From Raja brachyura (taxonomy: Eukaryota): a DNA stretch of 64,000 nt. The stretch covers positions 22,878,001 through 22,942,000 of the forward strand of contig OY740809.1 of NCBI GenBank assembly GCA_963514005.1. Reading direction: 5' to 3'. Positions 12,051-24,095 of the stretch are shown here, in pieces. The notes beneath the pieces are model-generated. The model ran no database searches and was not told the DNA's origin. It saw only the letters and a program-made list of their open reading frames with translations. The position numbers and the translations under genes were made by a program. The number at the start of each line of letters is the position of its first letter. Within the stretch, counting starts at the first letter, position 1.

Positions 12051-15000
12051 TAAATTTCTTTAAACTTTACTAAATCTAATGGGCAGGTAATCCAACTATA
12101 GAAAGAATAATGCAGAAGAATTTCTTCACTAAGCAATAAATAAGGAGCACTGGAATAATTTGGCTTCTAAACTGCAAGAAGGGTGGTGCCAGAAAAAATA
12201 CATCAGCTTTGGAGTCAGAGACCAACTCTACAAAGCAGGATTTTGCCATCCAAGTTTAAGACGCCAGCACTGACAGGAGGTCCTGTAATTATCATCTGTT
12301 TGTGTAGTTCCAGATAACACCAGCGCCATGCAGTAGAATGGCTGAAGTAATGCATAGAGAGATCATCATGAATGGACAATTTCTGGCTCAGTTGTTATTG
12401 AGTGTATCAGCTAGATATTAGGATGAGGTTTGAGATTTATTTAAGATAGAGTTAATGTAAAGCAACAAGGAGGATTGATTGTAGTCAAAATAAAATTCTA
12501 TAAAGAAAAATGTAACCGTTGTTCCCAAGGCATTACTGGTCGGTAATACTTAGAGGACAATGAAATGGATTATATATATTTAAACTACTTGTCAAAAAAG
12601 GAAGAAAAGTAATTTATTTTTAATCTAAATGTAGTAAATATGCAAATGATTTGTGGTTTCCAGCATTTGAATTGCAAACGCTGGAAATGTACCCTATAAG
12701 TAACAATAAATTAAACAGTATGTTAGGGCTTTACAATATCAGTGGCAACTTTGAAAAATTGTGACATTCTTTTGCTGGTGCACTTTGAGGTTTATTGTTG
12801 CTGTTGGCTCCTATATTGAATATTGTGCTATTAGCTCCTGTAAAGACTATTACCCAATGTTTAATGAATATCTTCTTGATAATATGCATGCAATTTTGTC
12901 GAGTACATTTAATACACATTATGCTCATAGTACAAGTGTGTTATGAGAACAAAACGTGTATCTGATGTATATCATATACTTGTAATTGTTTAATGAATTA
13001 AATTTGCATAGTTGAACGTACTTGTTACTTTCAGACTGCAACGGATATGCTAACCTCTGATTCATTTGTACTGATTACAACATCAGACATTGTTCTACTT
13101 GTATTAATGTCTTATAAGGAATACTTAGCTAAACTGACCACAATCTGATGAAAAGCTGGCCAAGAACAGTTTATACAATCATTTTGCAGAGGTACAGAAA
13201 CCACAACACTGAAATATGCAGTGGCTTAAAACACTATTGCAACAGCCCTTTACAGGACTCTTTTACTGGTACCACGGTGACCTAATCTCTGACAAGGGAA
13301 ATCCTGTGTTCTGTTCCTGCTGCATCAATATCTTCACTGTCTTGATATTATTGTATCAGCACTGCGATGGCTTCAATCACCAGCACAAATATAGCGACTG
13401 ACGTTGTGGGAACCACTAGTGACTCCATTTACACAGAACAAAGTCTGGCAATGACATTCCGTGAGTGATCACGGTGTCCAATAAATCCCCCTAAATTGGG
13501 AAGCCCCTGAAACCTTATGAACAGAGGATGCAAAGTCCAAATGTATTTATCAGTGGCGGATCATAACTATCAACAGAAGACAGTAGAGCCAGTATCTTTC
13601 CACCATCAGCAAACTATTGTGTTTGTGAAGATACAACTTTTGCACATTAACTGCTGGTTGGTGGGTTCAATTAACTTTGTTTAAATATGCTTCATTTTAT
13701 TAGATGAGCATAATGATATAAAGGTATAAAACTATTTTGTTTTGCATGATTCATTATTGTTTTTTCTCAACGGAGCATTTTCTTCCTAAACACGTCTGAA
13801 TCTTCAGTTTGAAGAGAACGCAACACAGACGAACACAAGAAAATAGGATCAGCTGTAGCCATCAATATCCTAAAGCCTCCCCTGCCATTAAATATGATCA
13901 TGGCTGATCTATGTTGGGCTCTACTCCTCTTCTGCACCATTTCAACATGCCCCTCTTTTCCTCGACCTATTGAATGTTTTTCCAACACCATTTTAAATAT
14001 GTGCAATAATTCAGCTTCCACCACCTGCTGGGGCAGGCAATTCTGCAAAGCACTTATTCCTAGATAGTTTTTCCTATTGGGTCCCACAATTGCTGACTGT
14101 GGGTAATCCAAAGGCATTTAACCCTCACCAAGTGGGTGCCCATCATCCATGTGCCTGAAGAAGAGTCTTCACACGAAATGTCACCCATTCCTTCTCTCCA
14201 GAGATGCTGCCTGTCCCGCTGAGTTACTCCAGCTTTTTGTGTTTATCTTCGGTATAAACCAACATCTGCAGTTCCTTCCTATTCATGTTCCCCTAAGCAA
14301 CCAGCGTCGACAGGTGAATCTGGTGTAGGCTCCCCCACCAGAGCCTCTCCAGTGACAGGTAGCCACACTTACAGGTCATTTCCAAATGGAGGTCAGTTGA
14401 TTTTTCTGAATTCAGAAACATTGTGATCATCTCAGGTTCTATTTTGAACATAAAACAAAATGCAAAGAGTTCGGGAAGGAATGGTGTTAGAATTTATGTC
14501 TGTAAGGGATTGTGATGTGGGGATGACTGCGCTTTGCTTCAAGAATTCAGGCACATGGCAGAATATTGCACATATCAAACTCAAAATCCTTTGCTTTGCC
14601 TGGTGATATTTTACCGTAAGCATTGCCGTTGTCCTTTTTATCCTTCAGGTAATCTTTAGCATTGGATAAAATTTACATTATGATCAAAAAGAGCTTTTCT
14701 TCAGTATCGTTCAATGGCCAGAATTTGCTGCCAATCATAAATGACTGCACTTGCCAGACCATTCTACTTGTCCCAGGGTTTCTGTGGGCTTTTGCTCTGT
14801 GATTTGCAGCATTGATTCAGAATAGTGGATGGCCACAACGGGAAGAAGTATTTGGTGATTTGCACTGATTAATTTTGGGGTAGGGAATCTGCTTGTTAAA
14901 TGCCATCCATGTGCTTCCAAACCACACACTTTTCATTTTATTCTCTGACATAATCCCATCCCATACATTTTTTTACAATTACGGCAGATCCCCTTAATTA

Positions 15001-16600
15001 GGAAAAATGGAAATAAGGTATGTGAACGCGAAATATGATGAGTTTAATAGAAAAGATGAGTGGAAGAGAAAATACACCCATTGTTATTCCAGGTATGAAA
15101 CACCACAATGATAGAAGTACATCGTTGGTGCCAGAGATATTGCTTGTTGTAATTAAAACTACACATCATTAAAAATCAACATCCTTGAATAGACAAGTTT
15201 GGGCTAGTTCTCACCTTCAACTATCTGTGAATGTTAGGCCTCTCAGTAAGATGCTATGAAATATAGTTCTGGAGAAGCAGAATAAATTGGACAATGGCTT
15301 ACTGATTTCTACATGTAACTGCAAAGGCATATGTGTTGAGAATTGCTGCGTTCTTGACTTTATGTTATCATACATTCCAGGCTTTAGAAGCAAACCATTT
15401 AGCCATATGTAAAGGACAACGTCAATTTGTTCAATGCATGACTCACGAAGTGTAAACACTGATGCGACATTTTCTGTTTTAAAGGAATCTGAAGTTTAAG
15501 TTGGAGAAAAGTCAAACTCATTCTTCCAGGAGACACATTAAAATAATACAATTCCCAAGAGTCCATGCCTCCAGACCCTTCTGACACACCCTGTCCTCTA
15601 TGGAATGATAGGTGCAAGAATGAAATCAACCGTACCACATATTGGCTTCCTGAGAAATGGGATGCATCTGGGATCATATGGTTCCATAGAAATCAGGTGC
15701 GGTCTGCGATGAGTGTGTTTTATATTCACATACAGTGGGTAATTTATGAATATAGTAGTGTCCATTGAGATCTTGGAGCACGTTTCTTCACCATTACCAT
15801 GTATCTGCAAAATGACCTTAATTCTATCCATGAATAATAAATACATTGTTCAATCTGTAAGACGATACTATTGTATATATACCAATGGTGTGTGACATTT
15901 ACTGTAGTGCATCTGACGATGCTTCTTGTCATTCAGCTTCCAAGAAAGAGTCCTTTATTGTGCATCCCATTGATTCCATGGATATATTTGGTCATCTGGC
16001 CTTAAATTAGTTAGCAAAAACAAGGAACTGCAGATGCTGGGTTTTTTTTAAAGCACAAAGTGCTGGAGTAACTCAGTAGGTCAGGCACCATCTCTGGCAA
16101 ACACAGGTAGGTGATTTTTTGGATTAGGACCTTTCTTCAGCTCATGAACAGACTGACATTCAGTCTTTAGAAGAGTCCTGACCCGAAATGTCATTCATCT
16201 ATGTTCTCTAGAGGACCTGCTTGACCTGCTGAGTTACTCCAGCACTTTATGCCTTACCTGATTTAGCATGTTACTGTTGCTCTTCTCAAATTATATTATT
16301 CCTTCTCACAAAACCAGAAATTTGCTACTGTGTGCACAGTACCCCTTATAAATGAAAAAGACGAATGCCTCCAATTGAATACAAAAGAGTGAAGTGTTCT
16401 TCCTGAAAATATTTCTTCTTATAAAAAGCTGACACCCATTCACCATACTCTGAGCCCGACCTGGGTTCATGCGTATTCATACATACAAGCAAACAATCCT
16501 GAATGCCCAGACACAAGGGTATCATGAACTTTTCTTTCTGAGGTAAATACACAGATTATTATGGGTTTTTGTCCAAAGAGGTTGCAACTTAACCAACTTC

Positions 16601-16678
16601 AATTAAAACAACCAACACATTGCAGGCGTGACACCCATAGCCAAGAGACAATCTGAATTTATTAAGTTGTATTTTATT
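16601..16678 (-). terminator. Probable polyadenylation signal of the GATA gene
   Basis: Two AATAAA on the minus strand (16673-16678, 16658-16663), followed by a GU-rich element (TGTGTTGGTTGTTTT, ~16601-16620), about 0.5 kb after the stop codon. Confidence 0.55.
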
Positions 16679-17158
16679 ATTAGCTTGAACCATCCATAAT
16701 AGAACAAGAACTACTTACACTAAGAAAAAAATAATTCCTCGATGAAATGCAAATGTATTTTTACCAGAGGCAAAGTCTGTTCAAACTATTCCACATGTGC
16801 AACGGTCCAAGGAGCACACTCCAAATATATCCATTTCAAGTGGAAAGTTAGAGACATACAGCAAATGGTGGTCCAAAATAAGGCACTTAATTACAAACAA
16901 TGTTGGATCAGAATGCACCAAGGTCACCTACAGAGAATTTAGGTGGTGTTATACCTTGGCAATAAGACATCATTTCTGCAACACTCACTCTTTTAAATTA
17001 TAAGATGATATGACCCAGCATTCCATTTGATTTCTCTTCTTGGCATTCTTGGATCCTCTTCGTCATTTCCAGTTTTCATTCAGATAAAATGTATCTCCGT
17101 TGCAAACTCCATTAATGAAACTAGCTTCGTGAAGATTGTGGTGGCGGTGTGTTTGGCG

Positions 17159-17296
17159 TCAGACCAGCTCCATACTTCCGAAGGGGTAGGATTTGCCTCC
17201 CTTGGATTCTCTACTGGTGCTTGGTTCACTTGAGTTTGTCAGTTTCAAAGTTGGAATGCTGAAGCGAAGACTGTTGCCACCTGTCCCGAAAGTGTC
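17159..17296 (-). CDS. gata4: GATA4-like last coding exon
   Basis: ctatatttccag|GAC...TGA; 138 nt. Encodes DTFGTGGNSLRFSIPTLKLTNSSEPSTSRESKGGKSYPFGSMELV*. The LKL motif is weakly similar to GATA4 ALKLS; phase 0 fits. Confidence 0.78.
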   Translation of the reverse strand, partial: DTFGTGGNSLRFSIPTLKLTNSSEPSTSRESKGGKSYPFGSMELV

Positions 17297-18323
17297 CTGG
17301 AAATATAGAGCAGAGGACACGTTGACATGGAACATTAGCAACATTGGGTGTGCCACTTATGTTAGTATTGTCATGTTGTAATGGTTAAATATTACCATTT
17401 AGCACAAAGTAATTTAGTGTAAGCTTGCAGCCTGGAAGAAAGAAGCTAGCAAGAAGTTTGGCACAGAGAGGTGATTGCCTTTGACTGCATTTCTTGCAAA
17501 ATTGGGGAGGACCAGTAAAGATTCCTTCAAGTTTCGAGAAGATTACCGGACCTACATGTTATCTAAATCTTTCTCATGCTCAGATTTACCTTCCTGTCTG
17601 GTTAATTGTCTGTTGACCCAGATCTTTAACCCCGCCAAGCTCTGGGGTCCCATTCATGTGCACCACATATTGTCTCCTGTCCCAGACAGATGGAAACTCT
17701 GACCATAGTGGTTCCCTGCAATACCAACATCAACCCAGTCCAATATGTTGGGAGAGTTATGGTGGCACCAAGTCACAGGGGAAATTAGTAGAGTACAAAT
17801 AGAATTTCTACCCATTAATCTCTTGCAGAACTTTGTTTCTTTACACTTCAAAAGGAAACATCGGAGTCACCTTTCTCAGAACCCAAGGTGACTCCTGTAC
17901 GGACTCAGTGTGGTCTACCATCTTACAATCTTACACTTAATAAGAATGTGCCTAACCTAGCATTACTTCTTTAGTCAGAGGGTGGTGAATCTGTGGAATT
18001 CATTGCCACAGACGGCTGTGGAAGCCAAGTCAATGGATATTCTTAAGGCGGAGATTGACAGATTCTTACTTTGTAAGGGTGTTAGGGGTTATAGGGAGAA
18101 GGCAGGAGAATGGGGTTGATAGGGAAAAAATAGATCAGCCATGACTGAATGGCAGAGTAGAATTAATGGGCCCAGTGGCCTAATTCTGCTCCTATTGCTT
18201 ATCAATGTATTAGGATTATCACTGAACTGTTTGCAAACAACAAAAGAATGTCACTGTATTTCGGTAAACGTGACAATAAAGTACCATTGGCTCATTGAAA
18301 GTCGCCCCGCTTCCCGGACTTAC

Positions 18324-18448
18324 CTGGGTGCTAACTCTCTGAACTCTGCACGCGGATGAGTAAAGGCCTGGCTCCGTCTTTGGTGTGAGAAGTTCCAATG
18401 CACCCGCGGAATTGCTAATGGGGGTGGATGGCAAACTGGAAAAGGGCG
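18324..18448 (-). CDS. gata4: GATA4-like coding exon 5
   Basis: ttttgtccttcag|CG...CAG|gtaagt; 125 nt. Encodes (A)PFSSLPSTPISNSAGALELLTPKTEPGLYSSACRVQRVSTQ; KTEPGL matches GATA4 IKTEPGL. Confidence 0.88.
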
Positions 18449-18965
18449 CTGAAGGACAAAAATAGAGACAACGGGTTGGTGTCAATTAAAACAAAATGCA
18501 GAGCTGGTAGCAAGCAGCATCACCAAATTGGGACGCGTGTGGTCGATTTCACCGCAAAATGAAACATAATTGAAAACGGGTGGACTTCATGCAGGTGGCT
18601 CGGGCTGTTAGTTTCATTCAGGACCTCCCTGTATTGAAGCGCCAATGCAAAGACGCCCGCCAGCATGCACGCTTGCCACTGCTGCACCGCCCACAGTAAA
18701 CATGGGCAGAAGGAATGACTTTACATTTTACTTTAGACTACAGCACGGAAACAGGTTATTCGTGCCACTGTCCGTGTCTACCAGCGATCACCGGACACTA
18801 GCGCTTTCCTAAGAACAATTTACAATTTTTTACCGAAGCCAATTAACCTACAACTCTGTATGTCTTTGGAGTGTGGAAGGAAGCAGGACACTCACAGGGA
18901 GAACGTACACACACCATGCAGCACTCTGTTTTATCTACACGACTATGAAACATATACTGCTACAA

Positions 18966-21159
18966 CAACATGCTTCTAGCTGGTAGCATGTCAGACTCCA
19001 TGAGGAAGGGCAACATCACCCTAATCCACAAGCAGAAGGGGGAGATGAAGGACATAAGGAATTGGAGACCCATAACGCTCTTGAATGTAGACTACAAGAT
19101 CCTGTCTAAGGCTATCGCCAACCGGGTCAAGTCTGCTCTGGGACAGGTGATCCACCCGGACCAAACTTGTGCTGTACCTGGCAGGAAAATCTCAGACAGC
19201 CTAGTGCTGCTGAGAGATACCATCGCCTACGTGCAGGACAGACGGGTGGATGCCTGCCTAGTCAGCTTGGACCAGGAGAAGGCCTTTGACAGGATTTCGC
19301 ACACGTACATGAGGGACGTGCTCTCCAAAATGGGTTTTGGGGAGGGAATCAGGAATTGGATCAATCTGCTCTACACCGACATCCGTAGTGCAGTCCACAT
19401 AAATGGGTGGGAATCAGACAGTTTCCCTGTAAGGTCTGGAGTCAGGCAGGGTTGCCCTCTCTCTCCTCTCTTGTTTGTCTGCTGTATTGAACCTTTTGCC
19501 GAATCCATCAGGAAGGATGCGAGCATTAGAGGAGTGACACTGCCCGGCAGTGGGGGCATTCAAGTAAAGACCTCCCTGTACATGGACGATGTCGCTGTCT
19601 TCTGCTCGGATCCAGGGTCGGTCCGCAGATTGATTAGTATCTGCGACCAGTTTGAGTCGGCCACGGGAGCCAGGGTGAACCGCAGGAAGAGCGAGGCCAT
19701 GCTCTTTGGCAACTGGCCCGACAGATCTTCCGTCCCCTTCACCATCAAGCCTGACTTCTTGAAGGTGCTGGGGATCTGGTTCGGGGGGGCTGAGGCGTGT
19801 AACAAGAATTGGCTGGAGCGGATAGCCAGGGTGGGGAAGAAGCTGGAGCTGTGGAGGCAACGCTCCCTCTCCATAACGGGAAAGAATTTGGTCATCAGGT
19901 GTGAGGTGCTCTCGGGCCTGCTGTACTTGGCACAGGTGTGGCCTGTCCCTCCTTCCTACGCCACAGGGATCACCCGGGCCGTCTTCCAGTTCATCTGGGG
20001 GTCGAGGATGGACCGGGTGCGACGGGCCACAATGTACAAGTCGGCAGACAACGGGGGTAAAAGCGTGCCCAACGTCGCCCTCATCCTGATGGCCACCTTC
20101 GTGTGTGGCTGCATCAGGCGGAGTGTAGAGCCAAGGCACGTGGGCACCAAGTGTCACTACCTGCTGAGGTTCTACCTGTCCCCGGTGTTGCGAAGGATGG
20201 GCCTGGCGCAGATGCCACGCAATGTGCCAGTCAGCTGGTCACTGCCGCCCCATCTGTCGTCTGTGGAAAGGTTCTTCCGGACCAACACCTTTGACCACAT
20301 GTCCATTGGGCAGTGGTCAGCACAGAATGTCCTGCAGGTACTGCAGGGAAAGGACTCGATGGACCCGGTGGCGTGGTTCCCTGAGCAGACTGCCCAGCTT
20401 GTCTGGCAAAATGCCTCATCGCCAGAACTCACCAACAAGCACCAAGACCTGGCTTGGCTGGCGGTGAGGGGAGCCCTCCCAGTCAGATCCTTCCTGCACC
20501 ATCGGAACCTCACTACCAGCGCACGCTGCCCTCGGGACGGCTGCTATGGAGTGGAGACGGTCGCCCACCTCTTTGCAGAGTGTGGATTTGCCCAAAGAGT
20601 CTGGAGAAAAATGCAAGGGTCCCTGGTACGCTTTATTCCAAACAGCTCTGTCACAGAGGACTCTGTGATTTACGGACTGTTCCCAGGGACACATTCAGAG
20701 ACTGACATCAAGTGCTGCTGGAAGGTCATCAACTCGGTGAAAGACGCTCTCTGGTCTGCCCGAGCTTTGTTCACCACCCAGCAGAGCGAGATGTCCGTCG
20801 GGGAATGTTGCCGACTGGCCCACTGCAGACTGCAGGAGTACGTACTAAGGGACGCACTGAAGCTCGGTGCAGCCAACGCCAAGGCTCGGTGGGGGAGGGC
20901 CACAGTCTAAGGTCCTTCCGCTGCTGGACATGGGGGCACTGTATGGTGGAGACGCCCCTCAAAATAAGGGAAGGTATCCCATGCCGGGGGGCCACATGAG
21001 TGGCACGGGTGGGGGATTAATTAGTAAAATTTGAAAAATGTATATAGACTGCATGGAAGAATTTGTATAGCCTCCGAAAATGTCGGATGGATTTTTCGCA
21101 CGGTTGATGTATTGTAAATATTTATTACTTGAATAAAGTCTATTTTGAAATAAAAAAAA
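18966..21159 (+). mobile_element. Young 5'-truncated Tx1-clade (L1 group) non-LTR retrotransposon in GATA intron, antisense to the gene
   Basis: 14-bp TSD ATATACTGCTACAA at 18952-18965 and 21160-21173; AATAAA plus A-tail at the 3' end; uninterrupted RT ORF. Confidence 0.95.
18970..20910 (+). CDS. Tx1-like ORF2 fragment: reverse transcriptase plus C-terminal Cys/His (zf-RVT) domain, endonuclease missing
   Basis: RT motifs NWRPITLLNVDYKIL, LDQEKAFDRI, GVRQGCPLSPLLF and YMDD; C-terminal CPRDGC...ETVAHLFAEC; 646 codons with no stop. Confidence 0.9.
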   Translation: MLLAGSMSDSMRKGNITLIHKQKGEMKDIRNWRPITLLNVDYKILSKAIANRVKSALGQVIHPDQTCAVPGRKISDSLVLLRDTIAYVQDRRVDACLVSLDQEKAFDRISHTYMRDVLSKMGFGEGIRNWINLLYTDIRSAVHINGWESDSFPVRSGVRQGCPLSPLLFVCCIEPFAESIRKDASIRGVTLPGSGGIQVKTSLYMDDVAVFCSDPGSVRRLISICDQFESATGARVNRRKSEAMLFGNWPDRSSVPFTIKPDFLKVLGIWFGGAEACNKNWLERIARVGKKLELWRQRSLSITGKNLVIRCEVLSGLLYLAQVWPVPPSYATGITRAVFQFIWGSRMDRVRRATMYKSADNGGKSVPNVALILMATFVCGCIRRSVEPRHVGTKCHYLLRFYLSPVLRRMGLAQMPRNVPVSWSLPPHLSSVERFFRTNTFDHMSIGQWSAQNVLQVLQGKDSMDPVAWFPEQTAQLVWQNASSPELTNKHQDLAWLAVRGALPVRSFLHHRNLTTSARCPRDGCYGVETVAHLFAECGFAQRVWRKMQGSLVRFIPNSSVTEDSVIYGLFPGTHSETDIKCCWKVINSVKDALWSARALFTTQQSEMSVGECCRLAHCRLQEYVLRDALKLGAANAKARWGRATV

Positions 21160-21194
21160 ATATACTGCTACAATACCCTACATATCTGTAGTCC

Positions 21195-21530
21195 TTTTTT
21201 TCCAAACATAATTGTAATCAACTATTTACAGAAATATTCACAAAAATACAAACAAACCACCACAATACAAAATAAAGAAATATTCTTAAATATTAAATCG
21301 CTATTTCCCCATCCTTATTGACGACAAAATTCCACCCCCGCTGTGCCCAGCGGTCCCGGAAATCCCTCAGGGCGCCCGTGGACAGCGCTAGTCCCTCTCT
21401 AGCAAAGATCTCCGGCGTAACCCTGGAAAAGGGGCCGGAGGCCGGCTCGGGTGGAGCCCTCTTCCGCCTGGCTCTGTGACTCGCGGATGGCCAGGCCTTG
21501 GAGCAACCGAACCAGGACATCTTCAGCCCT
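21195..21530 (-). mobile_element. Degenerate 3' end of a second Tx1-type LINE
   Basis: Frameshifted peptide EDVLVRLLQGLAIRES...PLFQGY / REGLALSTGALRDFRDRWAQRG...EIAI* resembles Tx1 ORF2 C-termini, followed by a T-rich 3' UTR and short A-tail. Confidence 0.6.
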
Positions 21531-21690
21531 AAATCTTGACGTCTTTGAATTGTGGGAGGATGCCGGAGCACCCGGAGCCAATCCACGCGGTCACCGGGAG
21601 AATGTACAAACTCCGGACACACCGCACCCGGAGTCAGCATCGAACCCGGGACTCTGGCTTCGATCCTCGACCTACTGCTGCGTCACCCCA
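21531..21690 (-). mobile_element. HE1-like V-SINE 5' portion (tRNA-derived head plus V-domain)
   Basis: A/B-box-like GGTGACGCAGCAGTAG...GGTTCGATGCT, then TTTGTACATTCTCCCGGTGACCGCGTGG...CTCCCACAATTCAAAGACGT. Confidence 0.7.
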
Positions 21691-23015
21691 AATGCTCACA
21701 ACTCCAGGAAAATCTTTGAGTGCATGAGCAAAGTCTGAGCAGGCGTGGACAGCTGACGGGAAATCGACGCAAGTAGAACCCCTACTTGGGGGGGGGGGGG
21801 GGGGGGGGGTAAATCAGAATCCGTCTCATTTTGGAGCACACCCGCCATTTTCGCCCCGGGCCCAATCTCCTTGCTGCTCCATACAATCGTTGACTGCATT
21901 TCACCACTGACCGCCCCTCTGACCACAGATCCCCGCAGCATCCCTCAACCACCAAGCCTCTTCCAATCACGATGCACCGCAATCAGCGATACTCCCGATA
22001 CACCACCGTGACAGGTAAACCTATGCTTCCTTCCCCCACCTATATTCCCCACCTCCTCTTCCCTCGACTGCAATCCTGCCCTTCGTCAACTGCAAGCCCA
22101 CCAATTCCACCCTGCCCCGAACCCACTAATCCTGCCCTCTCCCACAGCTGGCCACCAAACCTTCCTGGCAGCTCATCTTCCAGCAGCAAACCGCCGAACT
22201 TCAATGACAAAAAGTGTGAGCCAATGCCAATTCCTTCGGTCAGAAGAAAGAAACAAAATGCAGGACTAACTCAGCGGGACAGGCAGCATCTGGAGAGAAG
22301 GAATGGGTGACGTTTCGGGTCGAGACCCTTCTGCAGACCTATCTTCTCGACGGCGGCTCTCAGACGGAATAGTGTCGATTGGTCTGTCTGAATCAACTGA
22401 GCTGAGCTGCGTAGAGCAGTACTAACGCGTTTCCAACGAATAGTCCATCGGATGTCGACCCTTTAACATAATTACACAATCTGTGCCAGCACTTGCATTT
22501 CTCATAATCCGACTCTAAATTTTTTTTTTTTTTTAATGTCCTATCATCTATAAAGCGATGTGAATTTTGCATTTGTCCTCAGGACCTGCGTTGATGGAGA
22601 AATAAAGAACTGGTTAATTCGCAAAAAGACACAAAGTGCTGGAGTAACTCAGCGGGTCAGGCAGCATCTCTGGAGAACATGCCCAGGTGCGTCAGTCAGT
22701 CTGAAGAAGGGTCTCGATCCCAAACGGCAGCAATCCATGTTCGGCAGAGATGCTGCCTGCTGACCCGCCGAGTTACTCCATCACGCCGTGTCCTTCTGTG
22801 TTGTTGTAGATTGGCTGGAAATGTTTACAAGCAATAAGGATTTATAAAGGTTTTTTCACTAAAAAGTGCTTCAGCATTCTCAAGCTTCGCGGTATACTTA
22901 TTCCACTGTTAGTATTCCACTGCCACATCCCAATGCTCGGACTATCCTGGCAAAAGTACTGAACGAACCATTCATTGTCAGATGAAAGTTACCAGTCCTG
23001 ACGACTGTCGCTTAC

Positions 23016-23103
23016 CAGCGGAAGATGCGTCTTTGTTCACATTCTTTGGTTTCCGCTTCCGTGTCTGGATCCCTTCTTTCTTCATTGCTAAAGGTCGTGG
23101 TAT
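23016..23103 (-). CDS. gata4: GATA4-like coding exon 4 (basic tail/NLS)
   Basis: cgcctactag|ATA...CTG|gtaagc; 88 nt. Encodes [29 protein letters not shown], phase 1 end. Confidence 0.96.
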
Positions 23104-24095
23104 CTAGTAGGCGAAGCGAAGCGAAGATTCAGTGAAACAGCCAAGCAAATAATTGTATGAATATATGGGGGGTGGAGAACATGGGGATGGTGGGCAGAAT
23201 GTCCTCGCGTTGTGCATTAACTGTTCTCTGTGTTATCACTTTTGAAATATAAAGCAGGACGGCACAGATGTGCTTTTAATTCGAAAATCATACCAGGCAT
23301 CACACACAGTGTAACTTTATTCGTGTGTCAGGCTGTGCCATGCAACTAATACCCTGGATTCATTCAGAAACAAAATGTTGGCATTTAAATCCGCCAATTG
23401 CTCACTCGCATCGACTCTCGATTATCTTTAAATTAGGAAGTGGTATGTGGGATAACACTCTGAAATAAAATAGGACCACATATTCATTTAAGAAGCGAGA
23501 GCGCTGTCGCGTATGATCTGGGCGTGGGGCCCCAGTCTCAGGAGTCACAGGCTTCGTCAAGTGGAATCAACTTATATTTATTTCTTTTCAGATCAAAACC
23601 AGACCTTAAACAAACCAAAAATGAAGCTTGCAGTTGTTGTGGTTTACAACCAATGATACCTTTATTTTTTTCATTTTCAAGGCGGTTTCAGTTTTAGAAA
23701 ACGAGGCAGGTGTTTTTTGCACATCACGCTCAGGCGATCGGATAATTTGTTGTTGCAGAATTGATGTTGATTGATGAACTATACCAAAGACTCCGTGGAT
23801 AAAGCTTCTGCTCTTTATGTTTCGAAATAGTGCCTTGGGATCGTTTAAATACTGACCCAAGGGAACAGTGTTTCACGTCTCACTCAAAGAAGCGGAGGCA
23901 CATTGGTCCCACAGTCGCTCGATGTGCTTCCAACCTGCGGACCCGTTGAAGTTGTGGAATTTCAGCCCTCGACTTGCCGACTCGGGCATGATAATTAGAC
24001 TGGTCAATTTTTTAGAAACAAATGAACTGCGGATACCGGTTTACACAAAGGGACATATACTGCTGGAGTAGCTCAGCGGGCAGGCGGCATCTCAG

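Noticed and set aside
19371-20999. Many overlapping 60-247 aa ORFs
   Set aside because: Alternative-frame and antisense shadows of the Tx1 RT ORF.
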